This document shows positions 7,711-17,936 of a stretch of DNA of 64,000 bases, piece after piece; position 1 is the stretch's first letter, and each line of letters begins with the position of its first letter. Origin of the DNA: a virus. The stretch is from positions 36,818-100,817 of IMG/VR virus record IMGVR_UViG_3300013426_000002; one strand, 5' to 3'. A model generated the notes under the pieces. It worked only from the letters and a program-made list of their open reading frames with translations. It made no database searches and was not told the DNA's origin. Made by a program: the position numbers and the translations under genes.

Positions 7711-10700
7711 CTAAAAGATTGAAATCAAGTTATCATAATATTCTAACTTAGATCTTGGATCTCTTGCTTCATATATACTTCTTAGAGGAGTTGACTTAAT
7801 TAAGGATCGTTGGAATCGGTTTAAACCACGATATGGTCCTCTATTTATTTCTTGAAATGGATCTTGCAACGCTACAGTAGTTAAGTCTCCCCAATACTGT
7901 AACGTAGACCAAGCTGCTGTAGGACTATTAAGCATATTAAATACTTCAATAGGTAACACATTACCACGAGTTTCCAAAGAGGCTCTTAAAGTAAGATATG
8001 CTGCTTCTTGTTTCCACCAATTATCCCTGTCATCATCTGCCATAGCACGTATTATGGAAGAAATCAACCAGAAACCCAAAGTAGAAAATAAAAATTCATA
8101 TGTGACTCTCTTTAGGCAACCCTTTTCGTAATCATCTAATTCATCATAATGATCTTTATACAATTCTTTTAATTGATCAATCTTGCTTTTGTCAAAATAG
8201 TGTCTTTTTACATATTCATAAGCCGCAGGAATTTGCGCTTCATTCCACAATCCTGTAGAATAGTTGAATTGTCTCTTAGTTAAGAATTTTGTTTGCAGAT
8301 TAACCAAAATAAAATTACGGTATATTAATAATAACTGACCAATCAAATTGGAATGTAATTTTGATTTATCCAAATCTGATAACTGTGTGTCAATTCTAGT
8401 AGCAATTTGTTTAGTAGTGTTTTTTATTCTATTAGAAAGGTTTTCATCAACCACATTAGCATACTCTGGTTTTACTACTAATTGATTGTTTTTAACTTCA
8501 AAAGCATCAAAAAATGTGATATTTAATGCATTCCAAGCAGCTTTACCTTTTTTCTTATCTTTAAATCGTCTTAGAAATTGATTTTTATTTAAAAATTTAC
8601 CAGTTTCAGGATCATATTTATTGAAATATGCAACAGATAGTGCTAGTTTACCCTTAGTGATTATATCACCTATTTCGTGACCAAAATACCAATAATGTTG
8701 ATTTAGAGCTCGCAGTAAACGAGATTGGTTTAATTTACTAAATGTTTGTTCGTTGTCTCTAACTACACCCAAGTATTCAAGATAACACAATACCTTGTTT
8801 TTATTATTGGCTTTACCTATGTTTTTAATCGCATCTGCGTATGCTGGTAGTAAAGTCTTCGTTGCTTTGGCAAGTTCTTCATTTCCAAAGTAAATGCCAG
8901 AAATTGCTTCCAACCTGTTTTGAATTTTATTAGTAATTAAACCTGTCAAGATAACGTTTAAGTTCTGTGATATACCTTGAATTCTGGTATATGCTGCTAA
9001 GTTACTAACCAATTTATCTATGCTTACTCTTGCATGCTTACCTTTTGGTAACGGTATATTAACTTCTTTAGCATCTTTTTCCATACCGTAGACAAAACGA
9101 TTCATCAAATCCTTCATTTTGTCATAAGTTTTACTTTCTACTCCAGATATTCTGCCACCCTTTCTATCTTTAAAATCCATTCTACCAACAAAGTCCAAAG
9201 CTAACTCTAATTCAGGAGCAACTTCACTCATCTTTTCGTAGTTTACAGCCATTTTATAATAATGAATAATAGAACCTACTATATCGTTAGTTATGGCATC
9301 AGGATTGTCTAACATTTTGATATACCTTGTGGGTATTAATTTCACCAAAGAACCATCAGATCTTTTAGCATTTTCTAACATATATCTGTCATCATCATCT
9401 TTTACTGTATAAAGATCATGTGCAGCATACGCTATACCACTTAAGAAGTTATCTTTACTACGTATTTGAGTCCACGCACCACCTTCAATTTGAGGTAATT
9501 TATATTTATTAGCATATCTCAAAAAACCTATCTTAGAATTGGATAAGTCCATTACATCTGTTAAAGCATCGTATAATGCTTTTAATTTAGGATCACTAAC
9601 AATTTTGTTATAAGCAGCAGTGTTATCGAAGTACTTGATATTTGGTATTATTGTCTCACCACGATCTTCATATTTAGTAAATCTAGGATCATAAAATGGG
9701 GATTCTCTATCAATTTCTGCCCACGATTTATTTGGTATTCTTTCTACGTATTTTGATTTAAATTCATCCTTTGGAACTAGCTTACGCCAAAAAGAAGCAG
9801 GTACGATGTCACCCCGAGAAGTATATCTTGCATTTACAGAGAACCACGCGTTAAATGCAGCTTCACCCTGTTTCTCCATATGTTCGTATTCTTCGTAGAA
9901 TTTAGGGTTAATATTCCATTTAGCTATTTCCATTACTCTAGATTTTTTTTGTTTATCTCTATTTGCAATAGCTTCATCGGATATCATTACATCATAAGTG
10001 TTTATCATAGATTTAACGTTTTCAGGCATAGCGTCTACGTTAAATGTACCATCTTCTCTTGCATATAATTTTAAAAGATTTTTTCTAGCATTCTCATACA
10101 ATACTTGATTGTCAGATTTAATTGGATTTGAAGATAACATTTTAACGTCTTCCCAAAAATCTTCTTTTATTCTTTCAACAGAATTTCTTTGTTCCCATTT
10201 TTCAAACAGCTCTGGAGAAAGATTCTTTTTAGCAGCTTCTCTGGCTTTGTTGTATTTCTCCATATTTGGTTTATAATTCAACTTAGCTCTAAGTTTTTTA
10301 TTATATTGCTGCATTTCCTTGGCTATCTCCAAATCTAAACCTGCTTTTGTAGTGCCATCTGCATAAAAAGGATTTGCCAAATTACGTCTACCATTTTCTA
10401 ATTCTTGCAATTTGCCATAATCTTCATCGGATAATAATTCTCTATGTGGGTTACCATCTTTGTCCCTAGTTTTGTTAAGAAGTAGATTGATTTCCATATT
10501 AATTGTATCTCTTCTTGTTCTAGCTTCTTCACTAAGACTGTTGGTCAATTCGTAATATTCTGGTACAAATCTACGGATACTGTATTTAGAATGCCATTTG
10601 TTATTCTCGGTATTCCAAATTTTTAATTGCTCTTTATTTAATAGAGCAGGTACTTCTGATAAGTCTTTATCTCCAAATCCTAATTTATCCGCTAATTCTC

Positions 10701-13545
10701 TTTGAAATTTAAAAAGCTTTTGATAATGTTCACCGTAATTTAAATCTCTGGTCATAAATCCTGTTTTGTGACCATCTTTTGTTTTCTCATGGAAATAAGC
10801 CAGTTTAGATTTATCTACCTGATCTAACAATGATAATAACTCTTTACCTTTGATTCTTTCTTCATCTGCTACAGCATTCTTAACAGCGATTATTTTGTTC
10901 ATCATAATTCTAACTAATTCACTATTAGAATACTGTGTACTACCAACCCATTGATCCCACAAGTTAATATCTAAATCGCCTTCTTCCAGAATGTTTTTCA
11001 ATTGATCTACAGTATATGAACCAGCTTTAGTAGCTTCTTTAATAAAGTTATCTTTAGCAATTATATCAACTACATTATTGAAATTTCTAACAAGTTCTGC
11101 ATAATTGCCCATGATTCTTTTTAATGCTACTTTTGTATCATTAATCAATTGTTCATTATTGAAATAATCAAAAGTAGTATCATCATCTAGCATATTCTGC
11201 AAATTAGTAGCAATGTTGTTATAGAATCCAATATAACCTTTTTTAATCAGATCCAATTCAGCATTAGAGATTTCATGATCATTACCGTATTTAGCAGCTT
11301 CTTTTACTTTGGATAATATTCTTAAAGTTTCATATAATGCAGAATTGATATCTTGATCCATGTAATCTATGAATTCTAAAGTAGCTTTATCATTTTCTAA
11401 TTGATTTAATCTAAATTCTAAAGCTCTCAGTTCATCTAGTTTATTCGGATCTGTATATTTAGAATATTGGATGTCCTTCATTCTACGATGAATAGAAGAC
11501 ATTAATTTGTCATACGTATCATTCACAGCTTTTGGAGTTTCAACAACTTTTTGGTTGTGTATTTCTTTGCCAAAGAAATAAGAATTATCCAACGTACGAC
11601 CAGATAAAAATGCTTTTGTGATTTCGTTTAAAGTGTCTTGTTTTTCATTAAATAATCCTTTTATCCAATTAAAAAATCTATTATACCATTTTAATGCTTT
11701 AACAGAATTCTCACCTATTGCTTGTACTAAAGCTTCTTCGCTACCAAATTGTTTTATACCTCTTTGTACAATAGGCGCATTTCTAAACCAAGCAATGTAA
11801 TGATGAGCATATTCGTGAGGTAAGGTGTCTTGATTTTCTAATGCAGCATTTAATAATACTCTACCAGCCATATATCCTTCTACTTGGGCTTGTCCCCTAA
11901 GATTAGGGTTTGTTAATGCATCTATTTCAATGTTTGGATATATCTCTCGCAGTAATAAAGCTAATTCTTTATTTCTACCAGTAGCGTTTTGAGTAGCAGC
12001 TTCTTGATTATAAATATTATTATCCTGAGTAGAGAATGTACCTCGATTATCTATTGATTTAACTTGGCTTGATCTTCTAACTACTATTTCTCTAGCTTGT
12101 TCATTAGCTTCATAATTATGTTTTACTATAATACCATCTCTAAATACCCAATCATCGCGTCTGGTTTGTGGTATTGTATCTTCTTCTCTGAGGTTTAAGT
12201 ATGTAGCATATAAAGAATTACCTTCAGAAGCATACCTTTGTGCTAATTCTTGATTAGGAGTAAAATAAAAGCCAAAATCAAATTGCCCTCTTCTCTGATA
12301 GTTTTCATCAAAAGTGTCGAAAGTGGCAGAACTTCCATGATACACTACTAAAGGCTCTCCATTTTCATCTACTACTTTGGATACACTAGTTTTAGCTTTA
12401 TTTAAACTTTTCCAATTTTTAAAATCTTCAACATCTTGTTTTGTACCTAACAAATGAACATTTTCTTTCGGATTAAATACCACAATAACATCTGATTCAA
12501 ATTCATTATTTGCTTCATTAGATATAATTGCATCATTTTTATTTTGCTTGGCTTTAGTAAATAATCCTCGTTGTTCTTCATAATAAGTATTCTGATTTTT
12601 CTCTACAATTGGATTTTGTACATTGAGGACTGCTGGATACATCCCTTTTTTTACTTGTCTAGATTTCCAAGCATTTTGAAATTCAGATTTCTTTCTATTT
12701 ACCCAATCATTAAAGGTCTCTTTACCATATCTTATATCAAAGACTTCTTCAAAAAACTCTTTATCTGTTTTATCTTGATATCCGTATCTAGCTTTTCTTT
12801 CTGATAAATACTTTCCGTTAGAACCACCTTTGTCTCTATTAAATATACCTCTTTTATTTGGAGAATATTGCCTAATATTTGGACCTATTATCTCATTTTT
12901 CCAGTCATTAGACTCCATTCTACCATTACCAAGAGCCTCTTTTAATTCCCACCAGAGTTTGACCCAGTTATTATACCCTTCAGTATCAGGAATGTTTCTG
13001 TTTACACCAGAAATATATTGCAATGATGCCCAAGGCTGTTTGTTAAAATACATTTCTGCACCAGTTTCTGGAGCGCCAGATCCTTTACCTTTTTTGGAAT
13101 TAGCAACACCTTGAGATAGATCTGAATCTGTACCATGCCAATATATGGAGTCAATTAAAGAATTTGGATATATAGAATTTATATATTGTGTATATTCTTC
13201 TTTACTACCTACTTTAGATAACTCTGGGTTTATATCATACAAATAATCAACTGCGTCTTTGCTATTAATATCTGTTGATGTGTTACCAACCCAATCTCCA
13301 AACCAATTTCTAAAGCTTTCAGAGTAAGTTCTAGCTTTAGCTTGAATAGCAGCTACTCTATTACCATTATAATGCTCTAAAAGGTCTGAAAATAGCTTAG
13401 ATGGCTCCCCATTGGGAGCCTTATCTAAACCATAGCCATTGTTTTCTGAAAGAACATAATATGCAGCATTCTCACTACCTAATATTTCTGTATACTCTTT
13501 AAGTAAAGCTGCAACTTCTGGATTTTTAATATTTAAACACTGCAT
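7711..13545 (-). CDS. Giant (1944 aa) multidomain virion or ejected 'polyvalent'-type protein
   Basis: Uninterrupted 5.8-kb ORF. Contains WHGT and VVYHGSSATF...FGFYF (H-Y-E ADP-ribosyltransferase-like HG[ST] motifs, near 13125-13140 and 12303-12350). Contains an HExxH motif (LPHEYAHHY, near 11803-11817). The remainder is long and helical. Confidence 0.55.
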   Translation of the reverse strand: MQCLNIKNPEVAALLKEYTEILGSENAAYYVLSENNGYGLDKAPNGEPSKLFSDLLEHYNGNRVAAIQAKARTYSESFRNWFGDWVGNTSTDINSKDAVDYLYDINPELSKVGSKEEYTQYINSIYPNSLIDSIYWHGTDSDLSQGVANSKKGKGSGAPETGAEMYFNKQPWASLQYISGVNRNIPDTEGYNNWVKLWWELKEALGNGRMESNDWKNEIIGPNIRQYSPNKRGIFNRDKGGSNGKYLSERKARYGYQDKTDKEFFEEVFDIRYGKETFNDWVNRKKSEFQNAWKSRQVKKGMYPAVLNVQNPIVEKNQNTYYEEQRGLFTKAKQNKNDAIISNEANNEFESDVIVVFNPKENVHLLGTKQDVEDFKNWKSLNKAKTSVSKVVDENGEPLVVYHGSSATFDTFDENYQRRGQFDFGFYFTPNQELAQRYASEGNSLYATYLNLREEDTIPQTRRDDWVFRDGIIVKHNYEANEQAREIVVRRSSQVKSIDNRGTFSTQDNNIYNQEAATQNATGRNKELALLLREIYPNIEIDALTNPNLRGQAQVEGYMAGRVLLNAALENQDTLPHEYAHHYIAWFRNAPIVQRGIKQFGSEEALVQAIGENSVKALKWYNRFFNWIKGLFNEKQDTLNEITKAFLSGRTLDNSYFFGKEIHNQKVVETPKAVNDTYDKLMSSIHRRMKDIQYSKYTDPNKLDELRALEFRLNQLENDKATLEFIDYMDQDINSALYETLRILSKVKEAAKYGNDHEISNAELDLIKKGYIGFYNNIATNLQNMLDDDTTFDYFNNEQLINDTKVALKRIMGNYAELVRNFNNVVDIIAKDNFIKEATKAGSYTVDQLKNILEEGDLDINLWDQWVGSTQYSNSELVRIMMNKIIAVKNAVADEERIKGKELLSLLDQVDKSKLAYFHEKTKDGHKTGFMTRDLNYGEHYQKLFKFQRELADKLGFGDKDLSEVPALLNKEQLKIWNTENNKWHSKYSIRRFVPEYYELTNSLSEEARTRRDTINMEINLLLNKTRDKDGNPHRELLSDEDYGKLQELENGRRNLANPFYADGTTKAGLDLEIAKEMQQYNKKLRAKLNYKPNMEKYNKAREAAKKNLSPELFEKWEQRNSVERIKEDFWEDVKMLSSNPIKSDNQVLYENARKNLLKLYAREDGTFNVDAMPENVKSMINTYDVMISDEAIANRDKQKKSRVMEIAKWNINPKFYEEYEHMEKQGEAAFNAWFSVNARYTSRGDIVPASFWRKLVPKDEFKSKYVERIPNKSWAEIDRESPFYDPRFTKYEDRGETIIPNIKYFDNTAAYNKIVSDPKLKALYDALTDVMDLSNSKIGFLRYANKYKLPQIEGGAWTQIRSKDNFLSGIAYAAHDLYTVKDDDDRYMLENAKRSDGSLVKLIPTRYIKMLDNPDAITNDIVGSIIHYYKMAVNYEKMSEVAPELELALDFVGRMDFKDRKGGRISGVESKTYDKMKDLMNRFVYGMEKDAKEVNIPLPKGKHARVSIDKLVSNLAAYTRIQGISQNLNVILTGLITNKIQNRLEAISGIYFGNEELAKATKTLLPAYADAIKNIGKANNKNKVLCYLEYLGVVRDNEQTFSKLNQSRLLRALNQHYWYFGHEIGDIITKGKLALSVAYFNKYDPETGKFLNKNQFLRRFKDKKKGKAAWNALNITFFDAFEVKNNQLVVKPEYANVVDENLSNRIKNTTKQIATRIDTQLSDLDKSKLHSNLIGQLLLIYRNFILVNLQTKFLTKRQFNYSTGLWNEAQIPAAYEYVKRHYFDKSKIDQLKELYKDHYDELDDYEKGCLKRVTYEFLFSTLGFWLISSIIRAMADDDRDNWWKQEAAYLTLRASLETRGNVLPIEVFNMLNSPTAAWSTLQYWGDLTTVALQDPFQEINRGPYRGLNRFQRSLIKSTPLRSIYEARDPRSKLEYYDNLISIF

Positions 13546-13547
13546 AA

Positions 13548-16500
13548 TTATTCACATTCTTTTTTACGTTGTTTACCCATTTTGTCTAATTCTTCAGTAG
13601 CAGAATCATTAGCTGCTTGTTTCAAATCAGCTTCCGTAGCTGATACAAATTCTTCATCTATATCATAGTTTTCCACTACTTGCTGCTTTGCTTTTTCTAG
13701 AGTTTGAACCATTACATAATTCTTTGCTCTAGATACTGCTACGTACTTCAATTCTTGTCTTACTTCTTGACCATTTTTATCATTAAACCCAAAAGTATTT
13801 ATACTACTGTCGTTAATTAAAACTTTACTATAAGTACCACCTTGAGATTTATGAATTGTGTGAGCATATCCGTAATCAAACGATTTTCTAAGCTTTAATC
13901 TACCGTTAGCGTCTTTAACATCTCGCATAGTGTGAATCCTATTTTGTATATTATTGATTTTTTCAATAACAGCTTTAGCTGCAGTCGGATTTCCCTCAGC
14001 TAACAATTGCTTACGCATACTCCACAAGGTCTGTATATATTCTTGAACTTTTATGATATTTTCATCTGTTTCAAAATTAGATACTACATCAATAGTAAAC
14101 GAAGAAGCAGAAGTATCTATTGCGTCTTTGAGAGTAACTTTATATCCTTCCATACTTATACTTTCTTTTCTGTCAGGATATGTTAAATCAATTTGAATAG
14201 TAGTAGGTTTAACACTTTGCACTACGTAGTCTCCACTATTCATTAATTTATACTTCTTTCTTAGAGAATCGTATTCTCTATTAGAATAACCCATTACAAG
14301 TTCTCCTTCATACAGTTGCGCTGGTCTCCTACCATACAGGATTTGTCTTATCGCAGAGTTATAAGCTTCTACAGAAGAGTTTGTCGCAGCCAATACTCTA
14401 AAATATAGAGGGTCTTGTGAATCTTTCATTTCTTTTAATGAAGTTCTAACAAATTCTCTAATTCTATTTTTATCCGCTGTGTATTCAACACCCTGTCCGT
14501 TAGAAGCAATATCAGTTTTATAACTAAAATCCTCACCGTTTCTCACTCTAGTAGATTCTTTCAATATAGGATTATCCCCAGTTCTTTCTACTTTGGTTAA
14601 TTGTAATTGTGCACCATTGTTTCTAAATACCTTGGATATATTATTTGCTTTTACTGGTCTTAATTGACCTTTATCTCCCATAAATATGATCTGAGCTCCT
14701 TTCGCTGCAATTTGCTCAAGTAAGAAATCATATAAACTGTCTTGAATCATTGAGACTTCGTCAACGATAACTATTGAATTAGATTCTATTTTAACATCGC
14801 CAACCTGTTCAAATTTTAACTTGTGCAAATCAAACACATCTTCAGTAATGTTAAAATCCGGGCGCAATCCTAATAAACTTTGAAGCGTAACAACTTTTGC
14901 ATTCGGTGTCTTTTGTCTAGTTACAGCATTTGCTCTATGGGTAGGAGCTGAGAAAATAATATCTGCATTTATTCTACGCTTCAAATATTCATTAAATATA
15001 CCCATAATAGTAGTTTTACCTGTACCAGCATAACCAGATAAAGTAATAGATGTATCATCTCCATTAACAAATGCTTCTAACTCTTTCAAAGCAGATTTCT
15101 GTTGATCATTCAATTCAAAATCTAATTTAACTTCTAAACCATCATCAAAAGTATATACATATTTATCTTGTATTTGCTTAGTTTCTTCAACAGCTTGTTT
15201 TACTTCTTCTACTTTGGGTAAAGCCTCTGTTAAACCTACTTGATTAGCATATTGTTGAAGTTCAGTGAATTGAGTAGGAGTTTCTGAAGATTGTTCATCA
15301 TGAGACCAAGTTTCGGCAAGATTGGTTTCTTTTGCTTCAGTCGGTACTTGCCTTTTTGAACTATATTCAAAATTATCAAGATACTGCTGATATGCTTCTT
15401 GTGATGCAGCTTCACCGTTCTTTGACTGATAAGTTTTAGACCATTCTTTATAAGCTAAAGGTTCAGTATTCTGCAAATCAACATTTTCAGTAGCTACAGT
15501 CTGTAAAGCATTTTCATTGAATTCTCCAGCTTGATTAAACATCTTAGTCTGTAAACTAGCTTTGACAGGAGTTAAATCTTGTACATAAGTTATAGCTCTA
15601 GACGGGGTAAAATCTATACCAGTAGGTACTACATTGTTATAGCCTACAGAAGATTTCTTAAAACCAAACTCAACAAGTACATTACCCTTATAACTTAAAC
15701 CTTTCTTATTAATCAATTGATATACTGGTACTTTATTTTCATCTACACCAATATATTTATATAAGAAAGTAGTTCTAGGATCGTTGTTTTTGTCTAATTT
15801 AACTTTCTTATAAAGATAATGTATAGGATCACCTGCTTCATTATAACCTACAATACCTCTAAATTTACTAGATTCATCATAGATTATAGAAGGTATTTCA
15901 ACTTGTTCTCCTTTCTTATTAGTTACAAATAATCCACTACCATCATGAGCAACAGGTCTATATACTGCTCTACCTTCTTCTTCAATAGTTTCATAGCTAG
16001 AATCCAATTTATAGTATTCAATAGCAGGAACTACATGATCATTCCACCACAGATTTCTGATTACTTCTTGTAAATCTATCTGAGATATAACATTTTCTGG
16101 ATGTTTTTCTAATTCTCTAATATAGTCAAAATATCCTATTTCTTCTCTTATAGAGTTAGGAACGTATCTAAATATATTATTCTTACCAAAAGCATCTCCA
16201 GACGTATAGAAAGAATATATTGCAAGATCTTTAGCAAATTCTCTTACTTCTTTATAATCACTTTCATAAAGTTCTTCCCAAGCACGAATGATCTCATTTT
16301 CCAAATTATTATCACCACTTTTATTAGGTTTGTATGCAATGAAATCAGGTCCTTGTAATTCTGCAGCATCTTCTTTTGGTCTACTAAAGATATTGTTAAT
16401 CAACACATTCGAAAAACTACCATCACTCCCAAGTAATGAAGGATATTTGCCTTGTAATATATCAGATTTAAGTCTATCCAATCTTCTAGAAATACTGTTG

Positions 16501-17936
16501 TTACCAAATAGCATACCACGGAATCCCATTTGATTATCTTTAACATACTGATTAAAGAATTTAGTCTTGTAAGATACTTCCATTGCTCTAGTGATGTTGT
16601 TAATATATGTATCATCACTTACAGCATAACCTTTGGTATAGTATTCAATTAATGATCGTAAGGTTTCAAATTCCGGAGTAAGTCTAATCATGACATTCTG
16701 GAATGCGTTTCTAGGAAATACTAAACCATCAATCATTTTCTTACCTAAGAACGTATTAGTAAACACTTTCAAAGGATTGTTAAAAACAGATTGTTCAGTC
16801 ATATACTGTTTCCATTTATCCAAGAATGCGCTTTGTAAACCAAAGTTATTACCAAATCTTTTAGTATCAATCTGAGATAAGTTAGTTAATTCTGACAAAC
16901 TCTTAGAAAATGGAGTTAATTCTTCATAAGCCTTAAGAATTAATAATTGATTATAATACCAATCAAATGTTTCGGTTTTCTGTAATTGTTTTCTAAGATG
17001 TGGTACAGTAAACATTTCTTTTCTTTGATTAGTACCTACACCTTTATCCTTAAGATAATTCAGAAGATTCTCTTTCTTACCACCGGATAATTCTTTTGCT
17101 TTTTTATAATAATCATTCCAAACCTTGGTAAATGCTAATCTTTCAGGATTTTTACCAGCAGGTATTTCAACGCCATAAAAACCAGAATATTTATCATATT
17201 CAGTTGCATAGTCTTTCAATATCTGTTGAGGTAAGAAATAAAATGTACTTTCACCTTTACCACTTCTAATTAAGAAGTTAGTCATGTTAAAAGTTAATTT
17301 ACGTACATTCAAACGAATAATATACGGATCTTTAGCTACGTCTACGTGAGCATTAATCAAAGCTGATAACCAGTCTAATACATTGATTTTATTAGCATCT
17401 TCACTCTGAATATGATGCAAATCACGTATACCGTAATCGTTCAATACTTTATTTGGTTTGAAATTCAACTTAACTAATTGAGTTAATACTTGATGAGCAT
17501 TAGCTAATGCAAACGGACCAATACCAAACTTACCACCATTCAACTCAGCTTTAGTTCTACTCTGGAATGCCGGAGTAGAGAAATACAATTGAGATTTACT
17601 AGTTCTCTTACCTTGACCCGTTAATTTATCAACATCCTTAAGAATTTTGTCTTTCAGATAATCTGTTACAGTATCAAGAGGCTGTCTAGCTTCTGCAAAG
17701 TTCATAGGATTGCTGATTACTGACAAATACATATCAAGAAGCATATTTTCGTTTGCTTCTCTACTATTTGCTTCAAAATCAGTTTTACCATTATATCTCT
17801 CATAAGCTTTTCTTACTACAGTTTCATCATCTAAACCAGTAGCTTTCAGTCTCCGAACATACTGATCTTTTGTTTCAAACTTGATTCTATTACCATTATT
17901 ATCGTAGTTATATCTTGCTATAAATAATTTATCAAT
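13548..17936 (-). CDS. Exon 2 of the giant intron-split gene (putative virion RNA polymerase C-terminal part plus SF1 RecD/Dda-like helicase module)
   Basis: The frame of the 1398-aa ORF stays open 5' of its first ATG up to 17969. Helicase motifs are LSGYAGTGKTT (Walker A, near 15010-15036), IVIVDEVSM, FMGDKGQLRPV, YAHTIHKSQGGTY and YVAVSRAK. The exon start at 17936 is inferred from the intron 3' end (see the intron feature). Confidence 0.7.
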   Translation of the reverse strand: MDKLFIARYNYDNNGNRIKFETKDQYVRRLKATGLDDETVVRKAYERYNGKTDFEANSREANENMLLDMYLSVISNPMNFAEARQPLDTVTDYLKDKILKDVDKLTGQGKRTSKSQLYFSTPAFQSRTKAELNGGKFGIGPFALANAHQVLTQLVKLNFKPNKVLNDYGIRDLHHIQSEDANKINVLDWLSALINAHVDVAKDPYIIRLNVRKLTFNMTNFLIRSGKGESTFYFLPQQILKDYATEYDKYSGFYGVEIPAGKNPERLAFTKVWNDYYKKAKELSGGKKENLLNYLKDKGVGTNQRKEMFTVPHLRKQLQKTETFDWYYNQLLILKAYEELTPFSKSLSELTNLSQIDTKRFGNNFGLQSAFLDKWKQYMTEQSVFNNPLKVFTNTFLGKKMIDGLVFPRNAFQNVMIRLTPEFETLRSLIEYYTKGYAVSDDTYINNITRAMEVSYKTKFFNQYVKDNQMGFRGMLFGNNSISRRLDRLKSDILQGKYPSLLGSDGSFSNVLINNIFSRPKEDAAELQGPDFIAYKPNKSGDNNLENEIIRAWEELYESDYKEVREFAKDLAIYSFYTSGDAFGKNNIFRYVPNSIREEIGYFDYIRELEKHPENVISQIDLQEVIRNLWWNDHVVPAIEYYKLDSSYETIEEEGRAVYRPVAHDGSGLFVTNKKGEQVEIPSIIYDESSKFRGIVGYNEAGDPIHYLYKKVKLDKNNDPRTTFLYKYIGVDENKVPVYQLINKKGLSYKGNVLVEFGFKKSSVGYNNVVPTGIDFTPSRAITYVQDLTPVKASLQTKMFNQAGEFNENALQTVATENVDLQNTEPLAYKEWSKTYQSKNGEAASQEAYQQYLDNFEYSSKRQVPTEAKETNLAETWSHDEQSSETPTQFTELQQYANQVGLTEALPKVEEVKQAVEETKQIQDKYVYTFDDGLEVKLDFELNDQQKSALKELEAFVNGDDTSITLSGYAGTGKTTIMGIFNEYLKRRINADIIFSAPTHRANAVTRQKTPNAKVVTLQSLLGLRPDFNITEDVFDLHKLKFEQVGDVKIESNSIVIVDEVSMIQDSLYDFLLEQIAAKGAQIIFMGDKGQLRPVKANNISKVFRNNGAQLQLTKVERTGDNPILKESTRVRNGEDFSYKTDIASNGQGVEYTADKNRIREFVRTSLKEMKDSQDPLYFRVLAATNSSVEAYNSAIRQILYGRRPAQLYEGELVMGYSNREYDSLRKKYKLMNSGDYVVQSVKPTTIQIDLTYPDRKESISMEGYKVTLKDAIDTSASSFTIDVVSNFETDENIIKVQEYIQTLWSMRKQLLAEGNPTAAKAVIEKINNIQNRIHTMRDVKDANGRLKLRKSFDYGYAHTIHKSQGGTYSKVLINDSSINTFGFNDKNGQEVRQELKYVAVSRAKNYVMVQTLEKAKQQVVENYDIDEEFVSATEADLKQAANDSATEELDKMGKQRKKECE

